A stretch of 64,000 bases of DNA, from positions 28,786-92,785 of the IMG/VR virus record IMGVR_UViG_3300011989_000009; one strand, 5' to 3'. A model generated the notes under the pieces. That model searched no databases and was not told where the DNA came from. It saw only the letters and a program-made list of their open reading frames with translations. This DNA is from a virus. Its lineage: Duplodnaviria; Caudoviricetes. Numbering within the stretch: the first letter of the stretch is position 1; the number at the start of each line of letters is the position of its first letter. The position numbers and the translations under genes were made by a program. Shown piece after piece: positions 35,817-45,114 of the stretch.

Positions 35817-37217
35817 TTCGTAAGAGCTTATTTACTTCAAAGATAATACGAGGTTTCTCTACCGTCTGATTATACTGATACAGCTCAGCGATAGCCTTAT
35901 CATCATTTACCTTCATCAGTTTTTCAAGATCAGACTTTGCATAAGCGTGCGTTTTTATCAGCTCGGCCATCTCGTCAGGAACAACACGATATTCAGCCTT
36001 CTCTTTCTGATTACGCGACAAAAATGCTATCACGCTTTCTGGTTTTAAGAAGTAAGTGTCAGCGACATTCTCCTGCAAAATATCGGCGATACACTTCTCC
36101 AATTTGAAAGGTTTAGGAAACTGATACTGTTCCTTGCACACATCGTCACGCACCGACACCATGAAAACTCTCGCACGATTTTTGGGTACACCATAATTTT
36201 TTGCATTGAGAATCTGATAATAGCTATGATAACCACAAGCCTTGACGGTATTATACCACTCCACAAAGTCCGGCCAATTCGTCGAGTCAATCAAAGCTGC
36301 CACATTCTCCTGCAATAAAAAATTTGGCTTTAATGCACGGATAGCGTTTTCGGTGCTCCAAAGAACAGCAGAGCGAGTACCACTTCCTTTCTTGATTCCT
36401 GCGCGCTTCCCCGCAACAGAGATTGATTGACAAGGTGTAGAATAAGTCAGCAAATCAACACCTTCTCCGACATCAATCTTGCTCCAGTCCGCCGTTGTCA
36501 TATCACCTACGTTTCTATCTGCCCATTGAGGGAAGTTCAAATTGTGAGCTTTTACGGCAGGCTGATTTTCGAGCTTTGCTTTGCTCTCTGGATCAAACTC
36601 AGCCCAAGCCTTCAACTCATAATCGAATTTTTTACCTTGCAAAGACGCAAAATTGTGCAGCATCTCCATAGCAATCATCTGAGAATCATAGCCGGAACAC
36701 AGCGTCACCACGTTGATTTTCTTTGGTAATGGCACATCCCAACGTGAGCCGTAATCAAAAATAGAAAATTGTGAACCCGTTGTCGGCTCATACATCCAAA
36801 TATTCTTATAGATGTAAAACAGCACATCGCAGACGATACTGTTCCCTGCAAGTTTATAGCAGGCTGATTTACTGAGAGTGCTCGGATTATCCGTCATTCT
36901 GGCAATATAGTTATCCGGCACGCCCATCAAACGAAAACACTCTACGGGCGTGAGCTTACGAATATCAAACAAACGCGGGTCGGCGTTAGGGATGAATTTT
37001 GCTATCATAGTTCTTTGTAAATCTTTATCAAAACACGAGTCTAAAATTGGTACGGAAACGAAATAATGATTGCTGGAGGAAATACGAGTTGTCAATGTGC
37101 CATATATCTCGTCACTGACAATACCGTTATAGGCGTCTACCCAGAGATAGGGCTTATCTATTACCCCCCCCTAATCATGCGATTGATACGACTTGAATAA
37201 GTTCTGTTATAAGGCAT
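35749..37217 (-). CDS. Circularly permuted C5-cytosine DNA methyltransferase with N-terminal TRD-like module 5; G8 tract currently out of frame
   Basis: Motif order IX (RKLTPVECFRLMG), X (YKLAGNSI), I (TLCSGYDSQ), IV (STPCQ), VI (QENV), VIII (PKNRARVF). ATG 37217 reads MPYNRTYSSRINRMIRGG-TAA at C8 37164-37171; G9 or G6 joins it to the 35749-37095 ORF. Confidence 0.88.
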
Positions 37218-37371
37218 ACTCTACTAAAATGTTAGGAACAAATCCACCCCCCCCCGCATAGTTAAACACGGTGGCAGCAATGCCGTTTGCAAAATAGATT
37301 CTGTCTCGTTGGGCATTATTCCTATGATGTTCTTTGATATGCCCTATTTGAATGATTCTGTCATATTTCAT
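37207..37371 (-). CDS. TRD-like module 4 (G9, in frame)
   Basis: MKYDRIIQIGHIKEHHRNNAQRDRIYFANGIAATVFNYAGGGGFVPNILVEYAL*; C9 at 37247-37255. Confidence 0.8.
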   Translation of the reverse strand: MKYDRIIQIGHIKEHHRNNAQRDRIYFANGIAATVFNYAGGGGFVPNILVEYAL

Positions 37372-37534
37372 AAACGACCATTATTCCTGTCTCATTAAAT
37401 CCGTCATTTCTTTTTAAAACGAAGTTGGCTCCACAAGCCTTGTAATATACGGACCGCAAAGACATTGCCGTGCCGTCAGTACTTACGCTTATCGGAAGTT
37501 CATGCCCCCCCCGTATGAGGTGCTTATAATTCAT
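37361..37534 (-). CDS. TRD-like module 3 (G8, in frame)
   Basis: MNYKHLIRGGHELPISVSTDGTAMSLRSVYYKACGANFVLKRNDGFNETGIMVVYEI*; C8 at 37505-37512. Confidence 0.75.
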   Translation of the reverse strand: MNYKHLIRGGHELPISVSTDGTAMSLRSVYYKACGANFVLKRNDGFNETGIMVVYEI

Positions 37535-37680
37535 ATTCTATTCTTACATGTGGCGTTGTTACTCCTTTATACCCTCCCCCCACAGAAAGACGTTATCGTA
37601 TTGCAAATATCCTTAAAATGGTACTTGCTTACGCTTCCGTCTTTGCTATGGCGAGTCCAGCCTACAAACTTATAAATCAT
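37524..37680 (-). pseudogene. TRD-like module 2 (G6, out of frame; G5/G8 restores)
   Basis: MIYKFVGWTRHSKDGSVSKYHFKDICNTITSFCG / GGYKGVTTPHVRIEYEL*; C6 at 37576-37581. Confidence 0.75.
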
Positions 37681-37861
37681 ATTCAAACAACACAACCGTC
37701 ATAGGATAATGGGCAAGCGTTATAATATTGTTACAACCGATTGCCTCATATCTTGTATTGAGTGTGCAGGCAAGCCCACCGTTGGCGGTATTAACGGGTT
37801 GATGATACCCCCCCCTAACAGACTTGCCCGGACACGTTGTGGTTAAAGACAGTTTCAACAT
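37670..37861 (-). CDS. TRD-like module 1 (G8, in frame)
   Basis: ...VRGGYHQPVNTANGGLACTLNTRY...LAHYPMTVVLFEYDL*; C8 at 37808-37815. Confidence 0.8.
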   Translation of the reverse strand: MLKLSLTTTCPGKSVRGGYHQPVNTANGGLACTLNTRYEAIGCNNIITLAHYPMTVVLFEYDL

Positions 37862-37862
37862 T

Positions 37863-39008
37863 CTACGCTTCCACTATCAGCGGCATGACGAGGCCGGTGT
37901 AGGGCGATGTCGTCTCGTCGTGCATGATGATAGCACGGGACGGCTCACCAAACTCCATACGCACATTGTCGGAAGAGACGAAATCGAGCATCTTGCGGAG
38001 ATTGTCGTAGCGCATACCAATCTTGTAACCGTCGGGAAGGTTGCAGGCGTCCTCGACATCGGCGAGCGGAAGATTTTCCTTTGCCTCATGGTTAAAGTCG
38101 AGGTCGATGGATGAGAGGTAGAACTGACCCTTCTCGCAAGAGAGCGTCACCATGCACGAGGCGATACTGGCCATGACCGCCACACGTGAGATACTTTCTT
38201 TCAGCGACTTCACGGGCATGATGACGTGATAATCATTGTCGGTAGGGATCGCCGCATTGTAGTTAGGATATTTGCCCTCAATGGTACGGATCGTGAAGCA
38301 GGTGCCACCAGAGATAATCTCCATACCGTTGTTGTCAGCTTGTATCAGCACCGTCTCGGCACCGGCAAAAGGCGCGGTCAATGCTGATACCACAGCACCA
38401 GGCATTAAGAGCTCAGTAGGAGCACCAGACTTCAAGAAGGGCACGCCATGGCTGTAGACGTACTTATAAAGCGTCCTACCATCGGATGAAACGAAGACGA
38501 CACCCTCATTGGTGACATCCAGACATACCGCATTCATCACGGGGCGTATCACGTTATGATCGGTACTCTGAGCGGCATCCTTGCAACAGGAAAGCAGCAC
38601 GTCCGTGGGCAGTTCAAACGAGACCTTCGGCGCGTTCATCGGCTGCGTGCGCGGGAAGTCATCGGCAGACTGGATCGTTATCCGTACCTCACCACCCTGA
38701 TAGCTGATACGCGCCGTGGTGAGCTTATTGTCAATCTCGAACGTCAGCGGCTGTTCCGGCAGTGCACTGATGAACGATGACACCAGATTAGGGTTGATGC
38801 AGAACGGTTTGAAATCACCCTCCAGCATGGTCAGCGCCAAGGGCATGACGAGCGTATTCTCCTGCGAGGACGAGGTAGCCGTGAAAGCGTCACCGTTCTG
38901 TGTCACGAGGACATTTTCGAGAACGGCAATAGCGTTTTTCTTTAAGATGACCTTCATCAGCGCGTTCAGCACACGAAGCAGGTCGGTACGAGAAACATTG
39001 AATTTCAT
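37863..39008 (-). CDS. dnaN: DNA polymerase III beta sliding clamp
   Basis: MKFNVSR..., DDFP, RPVMNAV, SSDGRTL, IEGKYPNY, terminal LVMPL. Confidence 0.93.
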   Translation of the reverse strand: MKFNVSRTDLLRVLNALMKVILKKNAIAVLENVLVTQNGDAFTATSSSQENTLVMPLALTMLEGDFKPFCINPNLVSSFISALPEQPLTFEIDNKLTTARISYQGGEVRITIQSADDFPRTQPMNAPKVSFELPTDVLLSCCKDAAQSTDHNVIRPVMNAVCLDVTNEGVVFVSSDGRTLYKYVYSHGVPFLKSGAPTELLMPGAVVSALTAPFAGAETVLIQADNNGMEIISGGTCFTIRTIEGKYPNYNAAIPTDNDYHVIMPVKSLKESISRVAVMASIASCMVTLSCEKGQFYLSSIDLDFNHEAKENLPLADVEDACNLPDGYKIGMRYDNLRKMLDFVSSDNVRMEFGEPSRAIIMHDETTSPYTGLVMPLIVEA

Positions 39009-39034
39009 ATTCTTATTGCTTTAATGATTTTACG

Positions 39035-39643
39035 TTAGAATGGAAGGTCTGGGTCTTCGGCATACGGGTCGCTGCCATTGGCATCTGCGGGGGCGGGGGT
39101 AGCGGGGGTATAACCGGCAACACCCTGCGCCACGGGAGCGTTGGACGACGCCATCGGAGCTGCGCTGTGCTGATCCTCCATGAGGTAGCTGATACCAATA
39201 GAGAACGGCATCATCGTAGAGATAGCGCGAGCAAGGTCGGTACCTTTCTCGTCGGGCTGGTCTTTCCATTCCGGATGAGCGATGAGCACCGCTTTCGCAA
39301 GGTTCTTACGGATGGCCTTACGTTTCTCCTCCGGCAGAACATAGCACACGTCATACGCCGGGACATTATAGGCAGTAGGTGTCTCTCCTTGCGATACAAG
39401 ACGCTGCTTGATGCTGTCAATGAGCTTGTAGTTGACAGGACGCTGCTGGAAGTTGAGGAAGGCACGAAAGCCGCTGCCATTACCCTTACCCTCCTGGCGG
39501 TTGTCCTGCTTGACTTCAATGCCGTTGATACCGGCAGGGATGAAGATGCCGGGAATGACCTTCTTTCCCTCACCTTCGGTGAAATTGATGTAACGTGCGC
39601 CGATATAAGCGCCAAGGTCGATAGAAAATCTGTAACGAGCCAT
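39035..39643 (-). CDS. Putative single-stranded DNA-binding protein
   Basis: Flexible A/P-rich tail ending DPDLPF; between primase-helicase and clamp. Confidence 0.55.
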   Translation of the reverse strand: MARYRFSIDLGAYIGARYINFTEGEGKKVIPGIFIPAGINGIEVKQDNRQEGKGNGSGFRAFLNFQQRPVNYKLIDSIKQRLVSQGETPTAYNVPAYDVCYVLPEEKRKAIRKNLAKAVLIAHPEWKDQPDEKGTDLARAISTMMPFSIGISYLMEDQHSAAPMASSNAPVAQGVAGYTPATPAPADANGSDPYAEDPDLPF

Positions 39644-39679
39644 AATTTTTTATGTTTAAATGGTGAATAACAATCATTA

Positions 39680-42600
39680 TTAGAAAGGCATGTCTGGGTC
39701 GAGTGCCGGGTCTTGTGCTGTACCGTTGGCAGGCGCGGGGGTAGGATAGACACGCTTCCGTTGTTTGCCGTCGAGGTAGTTGCGCCACCGCTGTTTCTCT
39801 TCTTCCGTGAGGATGACAGGCAGACCTTGTTCATCCTCGATAGGTGCCGGGTCGGGCTTGCGGATAAACTCATTGTAACGTACCATGAGTTCATCGTTGT
39901 TGGCCGGAATCTCGTCCTTACCCTTGCGGTAGAAGTAGACGGCGTGCTCGGTACGCTCCAGTTCACGGATGCGCTTCGGCTGTATCGTGGTGTCATCCTC
40001 CCAGTCACGACCGACAAAATACTGACGCGTGCACCAAGCCTTATGCGCAAAATAGTTGGTCTGCTCGGCTTTCTTCAACAACGTACCATCGGCTTTCTTG
40101 AAGAGCTGTGGTGGGTTCATGGCGATGCCTTCTGTCTCACAATAGTCGAGGATGCGACGCTTGAATGCCTTCGGCGAGAACGAGTCGGATTTATTCTTCG
40201 ACGCCTCGGCAAAGTCATTCTTGTACTCGTCGAGCATAGAGTCAAGGTCAACCGGCACACCGAAGACTTCTTCCCGTGAGAAGAAGACACGGGCGAAACG
40301 GAGGAACGCCTCGCCCAAAGACTGCGTGAGTGTACGCTGGTCCATGTATTTCTTCTGTGCGTCCACCTTCTCATCGTAGCGCATGACAAACTGTACGGCC
40401 ACGGCACAGATCATCGTAATCTGATTGCGTGTGACGGGGTTCAGGTTCTCAGGCGATACCGGGTCGAAATCCGGCATGATGTCAGAGATGGCACGCGCCG
40501 ACTTATTCTTCATCACGTTCTTACCCGCAAAGCGATGGGAGAAACCGCCAAGGCACACACGGCGCATGGTGGAATCGTCGAGGTCGTGCAGGGGATAGTT
40601 GGACGTGACGATATGTGAAGGGCCCTCATTCAGTGGTACCGTTATCAAGTCCTTGTACATCTTGCGGTAAGAGAAGTCACCCGTGGTATAGTTGTAGAGT
40701 TTGGCGAAATCAAATGACGAGTCCACATCCTCCCAATGCACGATACGGTCACGGTGCAGCACATACTGCGCAAGGTTGGCGGCGAACTCTTTATTGCTCA
40801 CCAAGTCCTTACCGGACACGTTCAGGATATGTGCGGCACAGCCTGCAAAGATACGCACGAAGGTAGACTTACCGCTACCACCCTCAGCGCGGTTACTGGC
40901 CGTGACGACATTCTCGATAAGATAGGGAATGCAGTTCGACTTCGTGGTATGGAAGCGCCACAAGATACGTCCCAGACAAAAGATGAGATTGGCAAAGCGG
41001 TTGTCGAGTTCCATCTGCTCATCTTTCGAGAACGTCTTACCCTCGTGCAACAGCTCCTGCTCATGCTCCCAATCCTCATTGGCAAAGCCACGCAAGACGC
41101 GCAGCGCAGGCCACATCTCCGGCTCTTTCTTTCCTCGCCAGTCGATGATCCAACGGTGCGACTGTCCCCACACCTCTAAGGCATTCTTCTCCATGTCGAG
41201 TTGTGCAAGCGTATAGACAGGTTTGCCGTCAGCGTCTTTCTCAGCCTCCTTGCGTTTGATCTCCTCCAGCCGTTTCTGATATTCCGGATTCTCGTTGATG
41301 GCAAAGGGTACGTCTCGTGTCGGCGTGAAGTTCCATGGCATCTTCTCGGCTCTGTCCACGTTGAAGTCGATGCTGTCATACGGCAACAAGGTAATCTCCT
41401 TCTCCGTGATACGCAAGGCACCATTCTGATAGAAGAAGTGTTCGAGATGTCGGCCGTAGCCTGCGGTATAGTTGAGCTTCACGACAGGCAGCGACGCAAT
41501 GCTCTTCTCGTTGATCTCCTTATTGGCACGCAATACTGCCTGGAGCATCAGCTCATATTCATCAGGCATTCCCACCCGTGTGTCGTTGAGCTGACGCGCA
41601 TAGGCTTTGAGATTTTCGACGACGGCCTGCACCATAGAAGGTGCATCGAGCTCGTCGGCGAAGGGTCCGTCGATATGCACATACCGGCCTATCTTGTCAT
41701 CGCTGTCGAGATTGACATCACGGGCATAACCCTGCGAGGCCATAAACTCCCACAACGTAGCGGGATTGATGGTATAGTAGACCTCTTTCACCATGTTGTA
41801 GCGGTCACGTTTTTCTTTCCGCTCGAAGGGATCTGAGCATAGCGCCGACGTGATACAGGAAGAGAAGAGACGGTTCAGATCATTGTCATTCTGATAACTC
41901 TCGCGCGGCGTCATCTTATAAGCGAGAAAAAAATCACGCACCGTCTGGACGGGATGGCAGTAAAGGCGTGGGAAATACTGATGTTCGCTCTCCGTCAGCG
42001 TCTGCGGCAGTTGAGCCCGCATGATGTCACGGAAACGGCAACTGATGGCGTGCGCCTTTACCAAGGCGCGCTGAGAGGCTGGGAACAACGTATAGAGGTT
42101 GTCGGCAAAGCGCCGCATCTTGTTATAATGCACACGTGTGAAGTCCACAGCACCATACGGCCAACATACATGATACCAACGATTACCAAAGAGATGGGGA
42201 TAGGTCATGCGCAGCGCCTTCATGTGATAGAAGGTGGCGATGGCATCCTGAGCCGTAGGACAGAAGATGATATTCCTCGCACGCACCTCGCTGTTAGGGA
42301 TAGGCACCTCTTTCAGTTCCATCTTCGGATGGCCTTTGGAATCGACATCTTCCTCCCATATCTGCTTCGTCGTGGCATAGGTCTCCTTATCGTCGCACTC
42401 TTTGATGGCACGAACGACACCCGTCGACTCACTCGTATAATAGCCTACCGCCCTCTCGAAGACCTTATCCCCTGCCAGCCACCGGCTCACTTTCGACACG
42501 GTATTTTCTTCTTTGTTATTTGAGAAGACCATCGGTGGGGCTTCTTCCACGGCGGGACGGAAGATGCTGCCACAGCTTTCCTTGTCACCGTCAGCGATAC

Positions 42601-43330
42601 AGACAAAGATAGGGTTCCACGGTGTAGAGATCAGTTCCTCGCTGACCTCCTCACCTTTGCGCTGTACGGCAGGCAATGTCACCTTGCCGACGGCATAGAG
42701 ATGGAAGTCCTTCTGCAACATCGACGGATGGAACTGCCATTCCGCCTCGGTATTCTTCGACGAGAAGCCGTATTGCTCCACCCCGTCTTTGTTGAGCCAT
42801 GTCGTACAGCCCAGTGCCACCAAGTCCTGCGGCGTAAAGTCCGTCTTCGGTTCAAACGTCACCACAGACTGCGGTCTTACCGCCCGACGACGGTAGTCCC
42901 GTGCCGCCAGTTGTGGCCATTTCTCTTTCACTTCCTCCAGCGAGCGTCCGGCCTTCTCGCATAAGCCGATGCACGCCTGTCTCAGATCCTCCCCCTCACA
43001 GACGAAAGTGCGCGGCGCGTATTGGTTTTGTTGCCACCAATAGCCAAGTCCCTTCATGGCGGCATAGAGCTCCACGGCACCCCATCCGCAACGTTTTGTG
43101 CGTGTACACATCCAGAACTCCACGGGCTGTCCGTAGAGTCCGCCACGCCTACGGTTGAAGATGATAAAATGGGGCGTGGTGCTGCCTCCGGCACTCTCCT
43201 TGTGCGGTGTGTTCTTACAGAACGGACACCAGCACGAGGTCTGCCCGTCAACGGCCTGCTCAGAGGCGGGCTTGACGAGCAGCGTCAGAGGCAACGCCGC
43301 CAGTTCATCTAAAAAAGGGTCATAAATCAT
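39680..43330 (-). CDS. Large primase-helicase-like replication protein
   Basis: N-terminal Zn-finger-like WCPFC...H...C..T..CG; P-loop EGGSGKS, Walker B VHWED, sensor VTSNY; tail DPDMPF. Confidence 0.8.
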   Translation of the reverse strand: MIYDPFLDELAALPLTLLVKPASEQAVDGQTSCWCPFCKNTPHKESAGGSTTPHFIIFNRRRGGLYGQPVEFWMCTRTKRCGWGAVELYAAMKGLGYWWQQNQYAPRTFVCEGEDLRQACIGLCEKAGRSLEEVKEKWPQLAARDYRRRAVRPQSVVTFEPKTDFTPQDLVALGCTTWLNKDGVEQYGFSSKNTEAEWQFHPSMLQKDFHLYAVGKVTLPAVQRKGEEVSEELISTPWNPIFVCIADGDKESCGSIFRPAVEEAPPMVFSNNKEENTVSKVSRWLAGDKVFERAVGYYTSESTGVVRAIKECDDKETYATTKQIWEEDVDSKGHPKMELKEVPIPNSEVRARNIIFCPTAQDAIATFYHMKALRMTYPHLFGNRWYHVCWPYGAVDFTRVHYNKMRRFADNLYTLFPASQRALVKAHAISCRFRDIMRAQLPQTLTESEHQYFPRLYCHPVQTVRDFFLAYKMTPRESYQNDNDLNRLFSSCITSALCSDPFERKEKRDRYNMVKEVYYTINPATLWEFMASQGYARDVNLDSDDKIGRYVHIDGPFADELDAPSMVQAVVENLKAYARQLNDTRVGMPDEYELMLQAVLRANKEINEKSIASLPVVKLNYTAGYGRHLEHFFYQNGALRITEKEITLLPYDSIDFNVDRAEKMPWNFTPTRDVPFAINENPEYQKRLEEIKRKEAEKDADGKPVYTLAQLDMEKNALEVWGQSHRWIIDWRGKKEPEMWPALRVLRGFANEDWEHEQELLHEGKTFSKDEQMELDNRFANLIFCLGRILWRFHTTKSNCIPYLIENVVTASNRAEGGSGKSTFVRIFAGCAAHILNVSGKDLVSNKEFAANLAQYVLHRDRIVHWEDVDSSFDFAKLYNYTTGDFSYRKMYKDLITVPLNEGPSHIVTSNYPLHDLDDSTMRRVCLGGFSHRFAGKNVMKNKSARAISDIMPDFDPVSPENLNPVTRNQITMICAVAVQFVMRYDEKVDAQKKYMDQRTLTQSLGEAFLRFARVFFSREEVFGVPVDLDSMLDEYKNDFAEASKNKSDSFSPKAFKRRILDYCETEGIAMNPPQLFKKADGTLLKKAEQTNYFAHKAWCTRQYFVGRDWEDDTTIQPKRIRELERTEHAVYFYRKGKDEIPANNDELMVRYNEFIRKPDPAPIEDEQGLPVILTEEEKQRWRNYLDGKQRKRVYPTPAPANGTAQDPALDPDMPF

Positions 43331-43348
43331 TGCTTACTCCTCAAATCA

Positions 43349-44011
43349 TCAATCGAAAATACTTCTTATGCTTCCAATCTGCGAAAAGATATACGCCACG
43401 TTCCATGAGGTGCGCACGGCATCAAACAAGGCGTTGTGAGGCATACCCTCATTCGTTCCCGGCATAGCGGGGATTTTCTCGTAGACTTTACTGTTGTCGG
43501 CAATGCCTTCCTCCGGATGGTCGAGGAGTAAGGCGGCACCATTCTCAATGATGAAGGTACGGGCATCACGGAAATTATGGAAAGCGACGGGAAGAGTAAG
43601 TTTATATTTTCTAAAGACGTTACGCAAAATGGCTATATCGAAGTCAGCGCCCTGCGCCCAGAGAACGATGACGGGATTTTCCTTGTCAGAAGAGATGTCA
43701 ACGAGCCATTCGGCGAATTGCTCCATGACTTCTTTCAGCGGATAGCAGTCGCCACCCATCACTTCATCTTTCAGCACCTGCGGCTTATCGGCCCACCATT
43801 TCAGCGTATCTTTGTCAAAGTCGAAACCGTCCATCACGCAAGAGCGCAAATCGACCCTCGCATTAAAAGTCAGCATATCACGGTCGAAAACGTTCTTATA
43901 ACTGAACGCTTCCGGGTTTCTTTTGAAAGGGACGGCCGCCAACTGCATCACGGCAGCGTTGGCAGACAGGGCGCAGGTCTCAAAGTCTATGGTAACATCT
44001 AAAATTGTCAT
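43349..44011 (-). CDS. 3'-5' exonuclease (DEDDh, Rv2179c-like)
   Basis: IDFET, WAQGADFD, RDART, HNALFDA. Confidence 0.88.
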   Translation of the reverse strand: MTILDVTIDFETCALSANAAVMQLAAVPFKRNPEAFSYKNVFDRDMLTFNARVDLRSCVMDGFDFDKDTLKWWADKPQVLKDEVMGGDCYPLKEVMEQFAEWLVDISSDKENPVIVLWAQGADFDIAILRNVFRKYKLTLPVAFHNFRDARTFIIENGAALLLDHPEEGIADNSKVYEKIPAMPGTNEGMPHNALFDAVRTSWNVAYIFSQIGSIRSIFD

Positions 44012-44029
44012 AGTAAGTTTTTATATCGA

Positions 44030-44419
44030 TTATACATTTAGGAATTTATCGTAGCCCATCCACTCCACGGAACAGTTCAGATAGCGGTGCAGCAAGGCTT
44101 CTATAAGTATCTTCTGACTGTCGAGACTGGCAAAGCGAAAATCGGGTTGAACCATATAAGCCGCCACACGCTCGTAACCGTAACCGATGCGCCGGACTAT
44201 ATCATATTCTTTCTTGACGCGTGCACCCTGGGCAATCCCACAACCGCCACCGACAAGGTAGCGAAAGATGGTGACGATGGTATTATAGGGCGCACCCCGG
44301 AAGACAAAGGTTAGTTCGTCGTCATTCACACCACGATAGTCAACGGACACGGCAACATGATAGAACATCACGTGCGCAGAGCGCCGTCCCCTACCCTTTC
44401 GTCGCTCACCACCGGTCAT
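44030..44419 (-). CDS. Hypothetical protein
   Basis: 129 aa, ATGA-coupled to the upstream gene. Confidence 0.65.
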   Translation of the reverse strand: MTGGERRKGRGRRSAHVMFYHVAVSVDYRGVNDDELTFVFRGAPYNTIVTIFRYLVGGGCGIAQGARVKKEYDIVRRIGYGYERVAAYMVQPDFRFASLDSQKILIEALLHRYLNCSVEWMGYDKFLNV

Positions 44420-44898
44420 GCTGTCACAGCCTCCTTGCGCTGTGATAACTTCGTCTCGAAAAGTTCGGCGATACGCAAGACACCGACAACCTCGTAGGCT
44501 TTCCAGTCATCGGTAGAAAACTTGTTCAGCACGCTGTTAGCCCCCATGCCTAAGTTGGCCATGAACTCCGTGAAGAGCTTCTTCATGCCGACATGGAGAC
44601 CAAGAGTGCGGTAGAACACGCCCTTCCCATCAATGATGTCGGCGGTCTTCGCCTTTACCTCAGAAGGGAATATCTCTTTTTTATGCTCAGACAGGAAACG
44701 GCGCTTGATCTGGTCCACGCCCTCCAGCTCCCAAAGTGAGAAGCCCTCCTTGAAAAAACGGTCATAGGCAAAACCACGGCTCGCACCGTACTTCTGCATG
44801 AGCGTGAAAAGGATTTCCTTCTCCTGTGGAGTGAGGTCGTCAGAGGATAAATGTGCCTTCGGCTGAATGATTTTATTAACTATCATCTTTGTTGTCAC
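44416..44898 (-). CDS. Hypothetical protein (first gene of the early leftward operon; Cro-like position)
   Basis: Divergent from the HTH repressor; TACCTTTG promoter element at 44921-44928. Confidence 0.65.
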   Translation of the reverse strand: MTTKMIVNKIIQPKAHLSSDDLTPQEKEILFTLMQKYGASRGFAYDRFFKEGFSLWELEGVDQIKRRFLSEHKKEIFPSEVKAKTADIIDGKGVFYRTLGLHVGMKKLFTEFMANLGMGANSVLNKFSTDDWKAYEVVGVLRIAELFETKLSQRKEAVTA

Positions 44899-45114
44899 GA
44901 TTACTTTTTGTATTTTTGCGCAAAGGTAAAAAATTTATTTTGTAAAATCAAAGATGAACTTGAAAAATCTAATTCCTTTAACATTTCAACTGAATATCGT
45001 ATTTGTTTTCCGCAATATGATTTTCGAGATGATATGAGAGGACGGAGCTGATTTTTCAGCGCTTACAAAGTTAAAAAACAACAAAATACAAACGTCATAT
45101 TAAATATAAGAACT

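Noticed and set aside
34674-37861. Stop-codon reassignment or simple pseudogene decay explaining the fragmented ORFs
   Set aside because: Long genes are intact in the standard code. Modules end in TAA, TGA or TAG in different frames, each with its own start, and every frame break falls at a G tract. Individual OFF calls could still be homopolymer sequencing errors.
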